NCBI RefSeq assembly: GCF_018350175.1
Contig: NC_058374.1
Coordinates: 78,678,001 to 78,742,000, forward strand
DNA length: 64,000 nt
Direction: 5' to 3'
Source: Felis catus
Taxonomy: Eukaryota
The notes under the pieces are model-generated. The model was given only the letters and a program-made list of their open reading frames with translations, ran no database searches and was not told the origin of the DNA. This document shows positions 35,839 through 56,186 of the stretch, piece by piece (position 1 is the first letter of the stretch; each line of letters opens with the position of its first letter). A program made the translations under genes and the position numbers.

Positions 35839-36728
35839 CTTAAAAATGTTGTTTTTGTTGTGTCAGAATTTGCTGGACAGAAGCTATCCCCATAAATCTC
35901 TTTGAGATAGGCTCCCCTCAACCTTAGACTGAGAGTCACAATGCTTTAGGACAATACCGAAGATTCTTGGAAGCCCTGTTGCTTAGTAGACAGAATATCT
36001 CCGATGGCGCCTTTCAGATGCTTAGAAAACTTTTGGTCCACAGAGTGAGTCTAAGAGGCCATGAATTAAATCTTTTTGAGATCTCAGCAAATGATCTAAC
36101 AGTCACAGTGTTCATCTGGCTTTTGCTTGAGAGCGTGGTTTACTGGCAGGGCTTTGAATTTGATCTTTGTTCTGCAGCCATTTCTTACTTTGAGAACCTT
36201 TTGCTGACTGGAAAGACTGTCCTTCTGAGTTATGTTAAAAAGCCGAACATTTCCCTCCACAGTCCATCTCTGTCCTCTTGTGTTTTATCGTAGGCAGCTA
36301 GGAGAAGCCAGTGGCACCTTGATCATTCTACCTGGAAACCCTGGCCAGATCCCCAGCTCCATAGATGTCCTTTGTACCTTCCTTGTCACCACAGGCAATA
36401 GTACTGCCAAACTTGTCACCACTACATAATATGGGTCACCTTTTACAGCATTTAGTAATAACTTCTTCATTGTCCGTCCAGCTTTCTCTAATGGTCTCCT
36501 GGAGGACATTCAGACTCTGCCTGATGCCTGGTCCCAGAACCAGTCATGACCGAACCCAGGTTTGTTTGTCTGACGTGCAGCAAAGCCGATCATTGAGACG
36601 CTGAGTATGCAGAAAGGACAAGGTTTATTCAAGAGGCAGCCAAATGAAGAGACAGGATGATGGCAAGCCTCCAACTGACCTCAGTGAAGGGGGAGAGAAC
36701 AAGTTTTTTACAATCATAGGAGTTGAGG

Positions 36729-36729
<1 letters not shown>

Positions 36730-36764
<35 letters not shown>
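36730..36764. repeat. (TA)n microsatellite
   Basis: Direct reading. Confidence 0.95.
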
Positions 36765-36767
<3 letters not shown>

Positions 36768-37838
36768 TGGAAAGGCAGGGAAACTTATGACTATTCATGT
36801 AAACAGATCGAGCGTGCGCCCTGAGCAAACATGCATGTAACATACATCCCATGTTCACTTGGGGGTGGACTCTTAGCATCAGAAGGAGGCAAAATTCAGC
36901 TCCTAATGTAAGAGGTTATTTCAGGACAAGGAGCAGGGACTGTGGGCATGCTCCGAGAGCGGGTATAAACCAGATGGGTTCATTGTCTCTGGTAAGGAAT
37001 GCAGGGCTTTGCCTGTTCATGGGCAGGAACCATATGAGTTGATCTTGAGTCTAGGCTTCTGCAGAGACAGCTAGCGTATTTGTTAGTGGGGGCAGAAAAG
37101 ACACAGTAGCTGATTAGGGAGAAACAGTTCTCTGAAAAACAAGCTTTTGACTTTCTGTGAAGTTTCTATCTCCTGGTTTGACAATGTTACAGGTCTTAGG
37201 TTTTCTCGTGGTAGCACCCTCCTTCCAGGTACGGATTTCTTCTTCACTTATCTATGGCTGTTCACAAAGTATCCCCAAACTTAGTGGCTTAAAACAACAA
37301 TATTTCTGATGGTCCCTGGGATGAACCCTGGATGAATCTTCTGCTTCATATTATTGGCTGGGGCTCGGGGAGGTCCAAGTGGCTTCACTCATGTGGTTGA
37401 TATGTGGCGCTGGCCACTGGCCGAGAGCTCAGCTGGGGCTGATGGCCAGGAGCCTCTGTCTTCCTCCACGTGCTGCCAGTCCTCGTAAGGTCTGGGTGCA
37501 GAAGCCCAAGAGTGCCACTTCCACCACATTCTATCGGTCAAAGCAGTCGGAGGCCCCGCCCAGATCCAGGGGAGGGGCAATGAGGATTGATGGGGAGTGA
37601 GTGGCACGTACAGAGGCGGGAGGAATAGCTGGGGGCCATTTCTGAAGACAGCCACCACAAGAGGATTCAGTGAGACCACGCAAATAAAAGCTTAGAGTGC
37701 AGTGTGGCACATAATTGATACTTGACAGCTGCCATCATTATTGTTATTACTGTTACTGTGGTATCACAACGGCACAGCATTTCGAGCCTGTAAACAGCAG
37801 GAGGCAGGGTAGGGTTGTCGAAAAACCTGGGTATTGCA

Positions 37839-37991
37839 GGGCACCTGGGTGGCTCAGTTGATTAAGCGTCCAACTTGGGCTCAGGTCATGATCTCATAGT
37901 ATGTGAGTTCGAGCCCCGCGTCGGGCTCTGTGCTGACAGCTTAGATTCTGCTTCAGATTCTGTGTCTCCCTCTCTCTCTGCCCCTCTCCTG

Positions 37992-38027
<36 letters not shown>

Positions 38028-38060
38028 CAAAAAATAAACATTAAAAAAAAAAAAAGAAAA
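37839..38060 (+). mobile_element. Can-SINE with (CA)n expansion in linker
   Basis: SINEC body; (CA)n at ~37994-38023. Confidence 0.9.
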
Positions 38061-39369
38061 AGGCTGGGTGTGGAAAGTCTGGAATTTTGGGGGTTCTCGT
38101 CCTGGTTTAGTCACCGAGAGTGCATGGTCAAGGCTTTTCAGCTTCTGGAACCTCAGTTTCTCCATGTTTTGGGGTGATAACTGAATGAGCACTCACTCCA
38201 GCTGCTGGGCAGGGCCAGGCAGACGCCGAGGGACTGTGACTCTGGGTATGGTCACTACCACAGCTGGCCTCACCTCAGGCTTGTCAGCCCACAGGGGCCT
38301 GACATCCAGATAGCTCATGTTCCTCGCAGTCAATGCGGACTTTCCAGAGAGGAGGCACAGGGCTCTCTGTGAAGCCTGGAATTGGCCCATGCCATCTACC
38401 TCTGCAAGATGATGTGAAAAGTGCCTGGAAGGAAGTAGGAATGAGGAATGATCGTGGGCAAAGCTTTTCTGGGGTGGGCTTGGGGGTGGGGGTAGGAGTG
38501 GGCCGTGGAGGAAAAGTATAGACAGGAAGGGCTCATCCTAAGCTTTGTGATGGCACTGGAGAGCGGTCCCCCTCCTCCCCACCAGCCTTAGGACTTATTA
38601 GAGTTCCTGGATTTTTCCATGCTCTTCCCCTTGTCTGGAGCACATCTCTTCCTCCTGGTTAACTCCTTACTTATGTTTACTTTCTTGCCGTAAGATGTAA
38701 GCTTCCTGGAGGACAGGCATCTGTGATTATTTCCATCACTTCCATGAACTCTGGCTTGTATAACAGTCCTTGGTACATATTAGATGCTCTATAGTTATTT
38801 GTTGATTGAATAAACAAACTCTGGCTCTTTCTTTAGGTCTCGGCTTCAATATTACTTCCTTCAGGAGGTAGCCAGCTTTCCCTGGTTAATACTCCTACAA
38901 CCATGCTTCTCCTTTGCTCCTAGTACCAAGGCCCAGGCCTCTTTGTGGCTGCACCTGTCGTTGATGGAGAGGTGGCAGTGGTGATGGAGGAGGTGGGGCT
39001 CAGGGACCCAGGAAAGGAGGCTCTAATAGACGGAGAGTATGCAGCATCAGTCCTGCCTGGTGCCTTGAACTGGCAGGGTGGAAGGAAGGCACATCCCGTC
39101 CAGAGGCATGGGGTCTCCCTGGGATCCTCTGGGGCACCTGGATGACATCTCAAGGCTGGCAGTCCTTATAGTAGCCTCCTTAAGTCCCTGGGGAGGGAGT
39201 GTTATGATCCCAGAGCAGAGTTCAGAGTCACTGTGGAAGAAGGTCAGAACTGGAAAGGCCCTCGCACAGCCCCTGGGCCAGCCCTCACTTGACATGTGTT
39301 CAAGGCATCCTGAGCCAGAGGCGGGGAGGAAGGCAGGGACGACAGGGAGTGGGGAGAGGTGCTGAGATC

Positions 39370-40030
39370 AGTCAAAGCCAGATATATAGGACGGGTGTGC
39401 TGTGTTGAGGAGTCTGGACTTCATCCTGAGGGCAATGGGGACCCACTGAAAGGTCAGACTTGTGTTTTATAAAGACCTCTGGCTGCTGTGGGGTGTGGGC
39501 TGGGAGGCGAGAAGACCGGCACTCGAGCCAGGATGGTGGGGGCCCGGAATGTGGGTGGTGGCAACAGAGAGAGAAGAAAGGGATGGTTTAGAGGGGTACT
39601 TAGGAGATAGAAAATGCAAGCACTTGGGGGTTGATTGGTTTTGAAGGTGAGGATGCAGGCATGGGGAGATTATAGGTCTGGGCAAGTGTGTTAATGATCT
39701 TGACAGGGGACACAAGAGGAGGCTCTGGCGGGCAGAGAGCAAATAGTGAGTTCAGCCCGAAGATCTATTGGCTTAGAAGAGTCTCCAGAACTGCCAAGTG
39801 GAGATGTCTTGTAGGAACTGGGGCAAGTGGGTCTGAAGCTGGGGAGTGAGGTCGGGTGGCGGGGGAGTCATCCGGACTCGGAAGTGCAGGTGGGGGATTT
39901 GAATCAAGGAGGCCATTAACTGTGGTGGTAACTGCAGGCCAGAGACTGATGTCATTGCCCAGGCAGTATGTGCTGAGAGGTGAGAGAAGGGCCCCAAGGC
40001 ACCTGAAAGTTCAAGGGCAAGGTTGTCTGG
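39370..40030 (-). mobile_element. L2 relic; boundaries approximate
   Basis: ggagtctggactttcatcctgagggcaatggg, caagtggagatgtc...ggtctgaagct typical of L2. Confidence 0.6.
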
Positions 40031-41159
40031 GTGAGGGACATGAGCCAGGGAGAGGTTCGGCCTGGGAGCAGCTGAGGGCCTGAACAAAGCAGAACAGGCA
40101 GAAGAAGGTAGTGGAGGGCCCGAGACTCAGGGCTCAGGAATGGGGAGGGACAGAGGGCCACAGGGAACCTAGGGGCCTTGGGTGAGGAACCGAGAGGGCC
40201 CCAGGGATTCCAGGAGGGAGTGAGGGAAGGTAGCGGGTCCTCGTAGGACAGCTTGAGGAGATGGGTGGGAAGGAGCAGGGCCTGGAGGAAGAGTGGCCAG
40301 CATGGGGGCTGGGGACAGCTGGGGCAAAGGGACAAATGAAGAGGGTCAGTGAGAAGGAAGTAGACTGCACAGGAGGGCTGGGGTCTGAGGAAGGCTATTC
40401 CAGGCCTGGCTCTTCCTGAATGAGGTTAGAGGCCTCTCAAGCTTTTCCTCCTGAGAGCTCCTCCACTCTTCCTGAACAGAGAACAGGAGAGATCAGGCCA
40501 TGCGGGGGGCAGAGGAGCCCTCTCAGCCTTAGGATTGAAGCTCTGAGGTATCTGAGGGTGAGGGTAGTGTGGAGGGGAGCCGAGGAAACGAGTAGATGGT
40601 ATGCTCTTACCAGCTACGGGGCTTTTGAGGAGGCTGTCCCAGGTGCTGAAGAGGTGTGTGTATGGGGGGGGGGGGGCGGGAAGGATGGGCAAGAGGTGGG
40701 TGTCAGGGGTCTTATCTCCCCTTGTTTGATGGGCAGCAGTGGGAATGGGGTGGGGTGGGGTCCAAACCGACACAGGGCGGCCACCTGAGGTGGTTGCTGC
40801 TGTGCTGTGTGTGTGGGTGGTGGTGGTGGTGGGGAGGGGAGAGAGTGAGGGTGTACCAAGAAAGTGGGGTGTATGTGAGGGGGAAGGAGGCTAGAACCAA
40901 CTGCCCCAACTGTCTTCCAGCCGACACCATGGCCTCCTTTGGTTCCCTTCAGAACCAGTCAGAAGAAGAAGTCCCGAACTACCTGGCCAGGGGAGGATGC
41001 CACTGTCTGGGGACGGGCCCTGCAGGTGTCCAGGCCCTGAGACAGCTCAGATCTGCCCCAGTCTTCACAGACCCTTGGGGCCGGGGCGCTCACCGGTCGG
41101 TGGACATGGGCTCAGGCCAAGAAAGCAAGATACCACAGCACAGAAAGCAGGTCCTCCAG

Positions 41160-41165
41160 TTTATT
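41160..41165 (-). terminator. Polyadenylation signal of KRT83
   Basis: TTTATT on + ~315 bp past the stop. Confidence 0.75.
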
Positions 41166-41478
41166 GGGAAAAACAGGAGACAAGAGACCAGAGAGGCAGG
41201 GGAGGCCTCCAGCAGGGCTCCTGCCAGGGAAGGAGAGCCCTTCTCCCTGGGAGGGGCCAGAGGCCAACACAGCGGAAGGGAAGGGTCCATTCCCAGGCAG
41301 CAGCCCCCTCCAGTAGGACAAGACGAGCAGAGGAGTGGCTGATGGGAAAGAGCCGCATGGTGTATTCTCAGAACACGAGGGGAAGAGCTACCGAGGCACC
41401 GCTGTTCTCAGCTGGAGGTGGAGGCAGGGGCACATCTGGCAGGCAGGAGGGGCTTCTCTGGCTCTCTCTTGGGGCCGC

Positions 41479-47934
<6,456 letters not shown>

Positions 47935-48020
47935 GTTGGAGATAGGAAGGTGTGGGAGCAGTGGAGAAGCTGGCAGAGGACAGAGCCAAAGGCTTGTGCT
48001 CCCTGGGCTGTGGCAGGCCC

Positions 48021-48184
48021 TTTTATGTGCCAGGGGCAGCTGGCATTAAAAGGGGCAGCAAAGAGACAATAGCTGCGTTTTATTGGCTTGGCATCACCCC
48101 GGCCTCTTAAGAGCCAACCAGGCTTGCCTCTTCAGTGTAGCTGTGTCAACAATCCACAGCCACAGGCCTGTTTCATCTTCAAAG
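48021..48184 (-). promoter_or_regulatory. KRT83 proximal promoter: CATAAAA TATA-variant (48021-48027), CCAATAAA Hox13-type site (~48079-48086), HK-1/LEF1 CTTTGAAG (48177-48184)
   Basis: Motifs read directly; the 16-mer TGTTTCATCTTCAAAG is shared with the KRT81 promoter. Confidence 0.7.
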
Positions 48185-48453
48185 CTATTAACAAGCTTCC
48201 TCATGGCCTCTCCCCCTCCCATTGCTACTGGAAGCGGAGAAAGGGAAGGGGTCCTGGAAGCATCAGTTGGACTCGACGCTCTGACTATGGGGAATGGGTG
48301 CAGGGACCTGGGGTGGAGCCTGCTCTCGTTTCTGGAAGGGTCATCACTGGGCTATGGGCCTCGGACCTATGACCTGGCCTCAGGGTGGATGGCTAGCTTG
48401 CCCCAAGGAGCGGGCTGTGTCCCAAACAACTTCTTGTTCTAGGAGGCTCCTTT

Positions 48454-48499
48454 GCGTTCTTTTGTCTCTCCAAAGCGTTCTTTTGTCTCTCCAAAGCGT
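48454..48499. repeat. Perfect 21-bp tandem duplication upstream of KRT83
   Basis: GCGTTCTTTTGTCTCTCCAAA x2 + GCGT. Confidence 0.9.
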
Positions 48500-51057
48500 G
48501 TCCCTTTCTCCTCTGTCAATATCAGTCTCTCCTGACCTGTTCCTACCCAGAGCCTAGTCAGGGAGGGCAGTGGGGGTACAGGTTTGGGAGGGAGCGTGGT
48601 CTCTGTGCTTTGGGTATTCCCAGGAAGACGGGCCACCGGACACCAGCTGGGACATGGGAGAAACTGAGTCAGAGAGTTCACGAGAGAACCGGGGCTGTTC
48701 TTCGGAGTTCTGGGTCTTGTTGCTGGGGGATTAGGGGGCAGGAGTAGGAGTGTAGAATTACCCAGAGCTATAGAGATTGATCAGGGAAGACCACCTGGAG
48801 GTGGGTTGAAGCAGGACTGGGGTGCGGTGGGGGCAGGGTTGGGAGGAGATGAGAAAGGAGTCTGGCTTGGATTTGGAGGCTAGACTGTGTAATCATGCAC
48901 TCTCTCATTCATTCAGAAAATTCTTATGTGTGCCAACTGTGCACCTGCTAGGTCCTGGGAATCCAGCAGAGGCCTGAGGTATTTGGAGGTGGGAGAGGGC
49001 GGCATGCGCACAGGGGTGGCAATAGTTGGCCAGTGGGGGAGGAGGAGAAGCCAAAGGCGGAGAGAAGGTCCTGAGATGCTTAGACTGAGTTGGGATCTGA
49101 TACGGGGCTCTGGGGACGCTTTAGGTTGTCAGCAGGGAAGCTAAGTGATGAATACTGGCGGGTAAGCCCCCACCAGGAAGGATGAAAGGTGCTGGAGATG
49201 GGGGGAGGGAGGTCACCAGTGTCCTGAAATGGCATCACTTCCTCTCCTCCGAGGACTCACGCCATGAGAGGAAGTGAGGGGCTCATGTGGCCGTCCCAGT
49301 GGCCAATTTCTCATGATTTTCCCCCTCAACGCTTTGGGCTAGGACCACTGATGGCTTTGGTGGGTGGACAGTGGGACCAAGCCAGGAGGTTCCTCAAACC
49401 TGTGGATCTGAGCTCATAAACCCTTCCAAGAGCAAGATTCTTGACTGCCTTTGTACTTGAGCATGGCTCCTTTGATGGACCTGTTTACTGACCAGCCACA
49501 AGCACATGCTGACCCAGGCTCGGCTAAAAATAGCCCTCTATGCAAAAGGGCCTCACCTATTGCCCTCCTTAGTCCTCTCAGGGCAAGTGGGTCACTTATG
49601 TCCCAGGGTAAAGGAAGGCCCGTCTTTTCTGGGAAGGCAGGTAGGTGATGACGCTATGGAAATGTGTCAGAGGCAGGGTAACATCTTAATGTATCCTACT
49701 TCCAGCCCCTCCTCTTGGGCCCTATGGAAAAATTTTCGTAGACTCTGGCATGTGGAGTGGGAGCTCTGCGGGTATGGGCTGTGGGGTAGGGGCTTCTGGG
49801 GTGAGAGATACCCAAGAAGGCAAGGCCTGGGGAGGAGCTGAGTGGCCGGTGGTGGGATTTTGGAGCGCTTCTGTGGGAGGCGTGGCCGGTGGGTACTTTC
49901 ATGCTGAGTGTTGGCTGGGTTACACATCTACCAGACATCCGAGGAAGGACCAGCTCTTTCGCTCCTCTTGTCTCAACTGGAAGTGCTGAGCACCTGGAAG
50001 GTTCTCAGTGCATGCCCAAGGATTACATGGGATTTAATTCTTGGTAAAACGCCGAGGGAGGCAAGGCGATGAATCTCGCAGGAAGCACTCTCTGATGCGG
50101 TGCTGGTGATTGCACCTCTGAGCTCTGACCCATGCCATCTGTTACAACCCACTGGGCTGGTGTCGAGTTGCACGCTTCACTGAGGGTCTCTGTGTAGACA
50201 CACCCACTTCCTTGGGCTGGGGGAGCCATGAGTGAGCCCAGACCCCTGTCCTGACTGGAGATGATGGCAGTGTGGACTCTGGAGATAGAAAGGCATGGTT
50301 TGAAGCCCGGCTCTACCGCTGACTAGCTTTGTGACCCCGGGCAAGTAATGGTTCCCCAGTTTCCTTACTGGTAAAATATGAACGGAGACCCATGCCCGGC
50401 TGGGAGGGACTAAATGGGTGCCTGGAGGTGGGAGGCGCCACCCGCACCTTCACCCCATACTAACAAGGTGACTGGTCTTGGTTAAGCAGGCCCTTGCAAG
50501 GCATAGTCTATACCGGCTGTGAAGTACCATTCTTGGTAAGCAGAAAACAGCCCAACAGCTTTACAAGGCAGTCATGGCCACATCAGAAAGCTTTAATCAG
50601 AGCACCTATTTGTAAATGGCTGAGAACAAAGAGAATTGCGAACTGGGCGAGCCCTTGAAAACAGACTTAGACAGGAAGCCGACAAAGGGACAGCAGCCCA
50701 GCAGGTTGCTTCCGTCCACCTGGGCTCCAGGCCCTAACCGTGGGCTATAAAGGTTCTGGTCGAGCCCCAGGCTGGTTGGGTCACCCAGGCCTGTGCCCTG
50801 AGCCTGCTCCCCACACAGCTGGCCTGGGTCGGTCTGGGGGCTGACTGGTCCCTGCTGCCCAGAGTGACTGCTTGCCCTGTCCTTCTGGACCTTTGATTCC
50901 GGCCTCCCTCCCTCCCTGGGATTGTAAGAACCCCTTGTCCTTATTTATAACTGGGGTTTTCTGGCGGTCACCTGCCTGTCTGGCCCACTGGTTCTGTTGG
51001 CATTTCTTGTTGCCTTCATATCAGCGGGCCTTTTCATTTTTGTATCTTCTTAATGGA

Positions 51058-51252
51058 TTTTTTTAAAAAAATGTTTTATTTATTTTTGAGAGAGAGAGAG
51101 TGGGGGAACATGAGCAGGGGAGGGGCAGAGAATCCGAAGCAGGCTCCGTGATGGCAGCAGTGAGCCTGATGCGGGGCTCGAACCCACAGACTGTGAGATC
51201 ATGACCTGAGCCGAAGTTGGGCCCTCAACCGACTGAGCCACCCAGGCGCCCC
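51058..51252 (-). mobile_element. Can-SINE
   Basis: SINEC body in reverse. Confidence 0.9.
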
Positions 51253-52018
51253 TCCCCTTTATGGAGTTTTGATAAACAACACTGTGATGAACATATGTAA
51301 GGTGTATCTTCATGCACGTAGCCGCCGGTTTCTTTAGGAATATGGACCTCCCGGGCCTTGTGAAGACGCAACGAAGTGGTGTGTGTGACGGCACACGGGA
51401 CGCTGGGGCTGAGCGTGCACCCGCCTCCTACCCGGCGTGGGGGATCTCCTGTGCCTTGGTTCTCCGACCTCGCTGCCTCCAGTTTTGTCTTCTGGCCTTG
51501 AACTCACAACACACAGGCCCATGAGCTGGAGCTGACGAAGCGTGGCAACCTTATGTGCTCCACAGGTGTTTATTAAACACGTACTACGTACCTGAGGGTA
51601 GAAAGAGGAGTTTAATATACATCCCTGTCCTAAGGAGCTGACTGCTTGGTCAGGTAGGTTTGTAAGCAGGCACAAGTTACGTGGACAGTACTTAGAGTAG
51701 TTTTTCGGGTCAGTGCACGAAGGATGGTCGATTGACAGAGTGTGTCTTGTCTCAGCGGCCCAGGGAGGAGCTCTCCGTGAGCTGGCGCAACCAAGGAGGC
51801 TATGGGAAAGGTCAGGGCAGCGGATGAATACGGGGAGAGCTTGGAGGGTGTCACGCTGAAGGATGAACTTCAGGCACACTCCCGTAAGACTGGGGGCAGG
51901 GCAAGAATGCCTACTCTCAAGGCCGTGCTTAACGTACGGGAGTTCCTGGCCAAGAAAGTAAATATGTGTCAGCATGAGAGGAGAACTGGCATTGTTTGCA
52001 CAGCTACAGGGAAAACAA

Positions 52019-52245
52019 GGGGCGCCTGGGTGGCTCAGTGGGTTAAGCGTCTGACTTCGGCTCAGGTGATGACGTCACGGTTTGTGGGTTCGAGCCCCGC
52101 GTCGGGCTCTGTGCTGACAGCTCGGAGCCTGGAGCCTGCTTCGGATTCTGTGTCTCCCTCTCTCTCTGCCCCTCCCCTGCTTGTGTTCTGTCTCTGTCTC
52201 TCTCTGTCTCAAAAATAAATAAACATTAAAAAATTAAAAAAAAAA
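52019..52245 (+). mobile_element. Can-SINE
   Basis: SINEC body and A tail. Confidence 0.92.
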
Positions 52246-53975
52246 GACAACCAAACAAAATCAACTGATAAACTATAGAAATAATAAGACGAGAGGAGCA
52301 GTGGCCTTGTGTGCAGCAGAAGGAAGCTGGGCCAAGCTGGATGATAGACTGGACAGTGACAGGGGACAGCGGGTAAAGGCAGATTAAGGCAGTTAGAAGT
52401 GGACGTACTTACAGACCACACAGGGTTGAGTTAGAACATGTCAAAACCATTCTGCTCCAGTAGATCAAACAGACACACTCTGAACGTGCTGCTGCTTCCT
52501 TTCCAGTCGTGAGCATGTGTGTGAGGGCATCACGGTCATTGCCTGTGATGTGGAGAGGGACGGAAGGGGTGGGGTGGGTACAGAACGGAGGGAAGAGGTG
52601 AACAAAACCGAGAGGGGCTTCTGTGGGCCGGCAAGGACGCCGTGCCGAGAGCAGGAGCATGCCACAGCCTTACCCCTCTGCCCAAGAGGTCCCAAAGTGC
52701 AACTGAAGATAAGATAAAGAAAGTGGGGGAGGGCCTAGGAGATGCGCTAGGAGGGCTTTGCTGTGCCAGCCTGGGGACTGGGCTGAGGAACCGTCGGATG
52801 CTTTCTGCTCGGCCTTTGGTGCCCGGGCACGTGTGTCTTGGAAGCAGATTTTGAGCGAGTTAAGACTGTCAAGGCATAGGATAAACTGGGGGAGGGAAGC
52901 CTGGCACACAGATCTGTTAGGAAGTTAACACACGGGGGTGGTGGCTGCGGGCCGCCAGGGAGGGTGCACCATGGCGTGCTGAGTACTTGAAGGGAAGCTG
53001 CTGGAAGCATGAAAAATCCAGGCAGGGAAGAAGAGCCGGGGAAGCCCCACACTTTGTGCTCATTAACCTGGGAAGGCTTCCCGGAGGAAAGGGGCTTTGG
53101 GTGACTTCTGCCGCCAGGGTAGGGCGCCCTCTAGTGGAACAGTGTGGCAGTCCCGGCAGTCCAGACGCGTCTCTTCTAAGGCGCTTCTGCAGCAGTGGGG
53201 TGGGTGACTCACACAGCCCCGTGGGCTTCTCTGAGCCTCAGAGCTCAGGGTTTTGGTTTGTGAAATGGACCGCACGTCATGCAGGTGTGATGCAGCTGGA
53301 TGGGCTCCAGGGAGAAGACAGGAAAGGGCTAATTATAAGTGTTTCTGGGCCAAGTTTTCTTCCTGTTTGTCTCCTGAAAGTCCTCCTTCTTGGCAAGGCT
53401 TCTGAGCTGTTGGACTTGGGGAACCCTGCAGGGGGCGATGTCCCACTGCGCCCCCCACCCCACTCCCCCACCCCCGCCCCAAACCAGGTAGCTGCTTCCC
53501 TGTCCCTTGGAGCAGGTTGGAAAGCCCTGGGAGTGGCTTTTAAGTAGGGCCCAAAGCGGAGCCCCCTGTCACTTCAGCCCACTGATTGTCCTCTTTGGGC
53601 ACCCCATGACATCAGCCCTGTCCTCACTCAGGGCCTGCCGGTTCAGCTGCCTCATGTGTGCCCTCCGCTCTTCCCCCCACTCCAAACCAGCCTCCTCTTC
53701 CTCAACACTCCTCACAGGGCTGGGTCTCGGGCCCCCGGAGCCCTGACACCTCTGAGAGTGTCTTGGCCAGCACTGGCCCCCTAGAAGCAGCGAGGGGGCT
53801 GTGACCGGTCGCTCTCCCTCTTGTGTGGTCTGAGCAGCAGAGGGCAGGGCTGGCCGCTGCCCTGGACACCGTGCGTCTGTAGGTGCCGCCTGAGGGTGCG
53901 GGAGCTCCCTGGGACAGAAAAGTGAGCTGTCCCTGCCGAGCACTGCCCAGGCTGCAGATGCGTGAGTAAAACAAA

Positions 53976-54176
53976 CTTTTTTAAATTTTGAGAGACAGAG
54001 AGTGTGTGTGTGTGAAATGGGGAGAGACAGAGAGAAGGAGACACAGAATCCAAAGCAGGCTCCAGGCTCCAAGCTGTCGGCACAGAGCCCGATGCAAGGC
54101 TTGAACTCACGAACTGTGAGATCATGACCTGAGGCAAAGTTCGGATGCTTATCGGACCGAGCCACCCAGGCACCCC
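53976..54176 (-). mobile_element. Can-SINE
   Basis: SINEC body in reverse. Confidence 0.9.
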
Positions 54177-54348
54177 AACAAATGTTGGTTGTTAAAGCTG
54201 CTGACTTTCGGGGTGGTTTAGTACACAGCTACGGTTCCCGGAACAGACGTCTTGGCTAGATTTCATAGTCTGTAACCGCTTCCTATGATGAGACTCATCT
54301 TACTCCAGAATTTAAGACATTTTAAAGTCATGGCACAATTTCAGTTTT

Positions 54349-54567
54349 TTAAAAAATTTTTTTTAACGTTTATTTATTTTTGAGACCTAGAGAGACAGAG
54401 CATGAACGGGGGAGGGGCAGAGAGGGAGGGAGACACAGAATCTGAAACAGGCTCCAGGCTCTGAGCAGTCAGCACAGAGCCCGACACGGGGCTTGAACTC
54501 ACGGACCGTGAGGTCATGACCTGAGCCGAAGTCGGACACTTAACCGACTGAGCCACCCAGGCGCCCC
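54349..54567 (-). mobile_element. Can-SINE with 15-bp TSD
   Basis: TSD CACAATTTCAGTTTT at 54334-54348 and 54568-54582. Confidence 0.93.
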
Positions 54568-55965
54568 CACAATTTCAGTTTTAAGCTCTGCTCCAACCTC
54601 CTCTTTCTCCCCGCCCCTAAACCACCTGCCCCTCCCCCACACCCGGCCAGCCTCTTATGGCTGTAATGGCTCGGTTCATGGGGCACAGTCTTTTCATGGC
54701 CTCCTTCTTTTTTGAGATTTCCAAACATGTGTTGTGTCGCAGGAGGTACTGTCACACAGGGCTCTGCCTCGGTGACAGCTGGTGGGGGTGGGAGGCTCCA
54801 TGGCCGCCATGTGGGTGGTGGCCCCACATGCCTGTTGCTCAAGGGTGGCTTTCAGTGAGGTCCCCCGACGCTGTGCTGCCTTGTGACCTGTGGCCACACC
54901 TTGCCTTCCATGCTACTGGGTGCTGACAAGGCCCGACCCTTCCGTCTCCACTCTCCACCGGGTAAGCTGGTGACCGTGAGGGGTGGTGGCCGGGTCCGTG
55001 TGTAGCTTCTTAGAACGTGGGGGACTAATGCCCTTTTGTGCTCAGCGTTGGGACTCGGCTGCCGTTCTGGGACCACAGGAGACATCCGCTGGATCTCCAT
55101 CCCTCTCAGAATAAGGCTCCGAATATCTTAATTTACTGGACATGTGCCTCGTAGCTTCTCAGCGGCCGCTTCACCCTGGAAATTAGAAGAGCCTGTGTGT
55201 GTCTCCCTCCCCCATCAGGTGTAGGAGACTTAAAGCTCTTCTCCCCAGGTCCCCCACCGTCTTCCTCGGTGATGCACATGCTTTCCTGATGACCCACGCC
55301 CCAGACGTCAGCTCCTATCTCCCACCTGCCCGGGATGTAACCGCGTCCCTGTCCTTCTCGTCCTGTCCCACACTCTTGCTCTGCACCGGGCTGTCTGTCC
55401 TCTTCTCGCACTTAGCTTGGAAGCGTCTTAGAAGCAGGGATCTGACCCAGGGGCGAGGACCTTCTGCTGATCTGGAATTGCGAGGGAAAGAGATGTTGCT
55501 CTTAGTAAAATTTCAAATGCTGGAAGTTTGACCCCAAACTTCTGTGTGTATGGAAATATTCCTAAAGTCTGTTACCGACGTTCCTGCTGCAGTAAAGTGC
55601 ATCGGACGTGATGTGAAGCTGACTCAGTGGTTTGGGGTTATAGGGACCATGGCTCAGCCCCTCCTTTTACTGGGAAACGGCCCGGAGAGAGGGGAAGGGG
55701 CTGTCCTCAGGCCCCACCGCCAGCTCAAGGCGGAGACGGAACCGGAAGGCTGCCTCCTGGCTGTGAGGCTGCCACTGTGTCCTTGATAGGTCCTGCTTCA
55801 TTTTCACAGCCGCCAGCCCAACAGAGACCCTGCTCCTCGGGGTAGCGTTTCACTGAGTGTGACATTTCACCCCCACGTTTAATGGGACCTGCACACGGGA
55901 GCTAGTGTGACGTGCAGGATAGTTTGTCCTCATGCTGGTACATCCCACTGTCTGTGCTATTTTCT

Positions 55966-56186
55966 TAAAAAAAAATTTTTTTTAATGTTTATTCATTTTT
56001 GAGAGAGAGAGAGACAGAGCATGAGTAGGGTAGGGGCAGAGAGAGAGGGAGACACAGAATCCGAAGCAGGCTCCAGGCTCCGGGCTATCAGCACAGAGCC
56101 AGACGCGGGGCTCGAACCCACAAACCATGAGGTCACAACCTGAGCCTAAGTCGGACTCTTCACTGACTGAGCCACCCAGACGCCCC
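55966..56186 (-). mobile_element. Can-SINE with 17-bp TSD
   Basis: TSD TGTCTGTGCTATTTTCT at 55949-55965 and 56187-56203. Confidence 0.93.

Larger units (their letters stand above)
35070..37660. mobile_element. Nested LTR cluster: MaLR (MLT1-like) sequence interrupted by a SINE (35635-35838) and an ERV-type solo LTR (~36556-37183); boundaries approximate
   Basis: MLT1 motifs (ggttttctcgtggtagcaccc, cccaaacttagtggcttaaaacaac); inserted segment begins tgaccgaacccagg, carries gtttatt and ends in ca. Confidence 0.6.
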
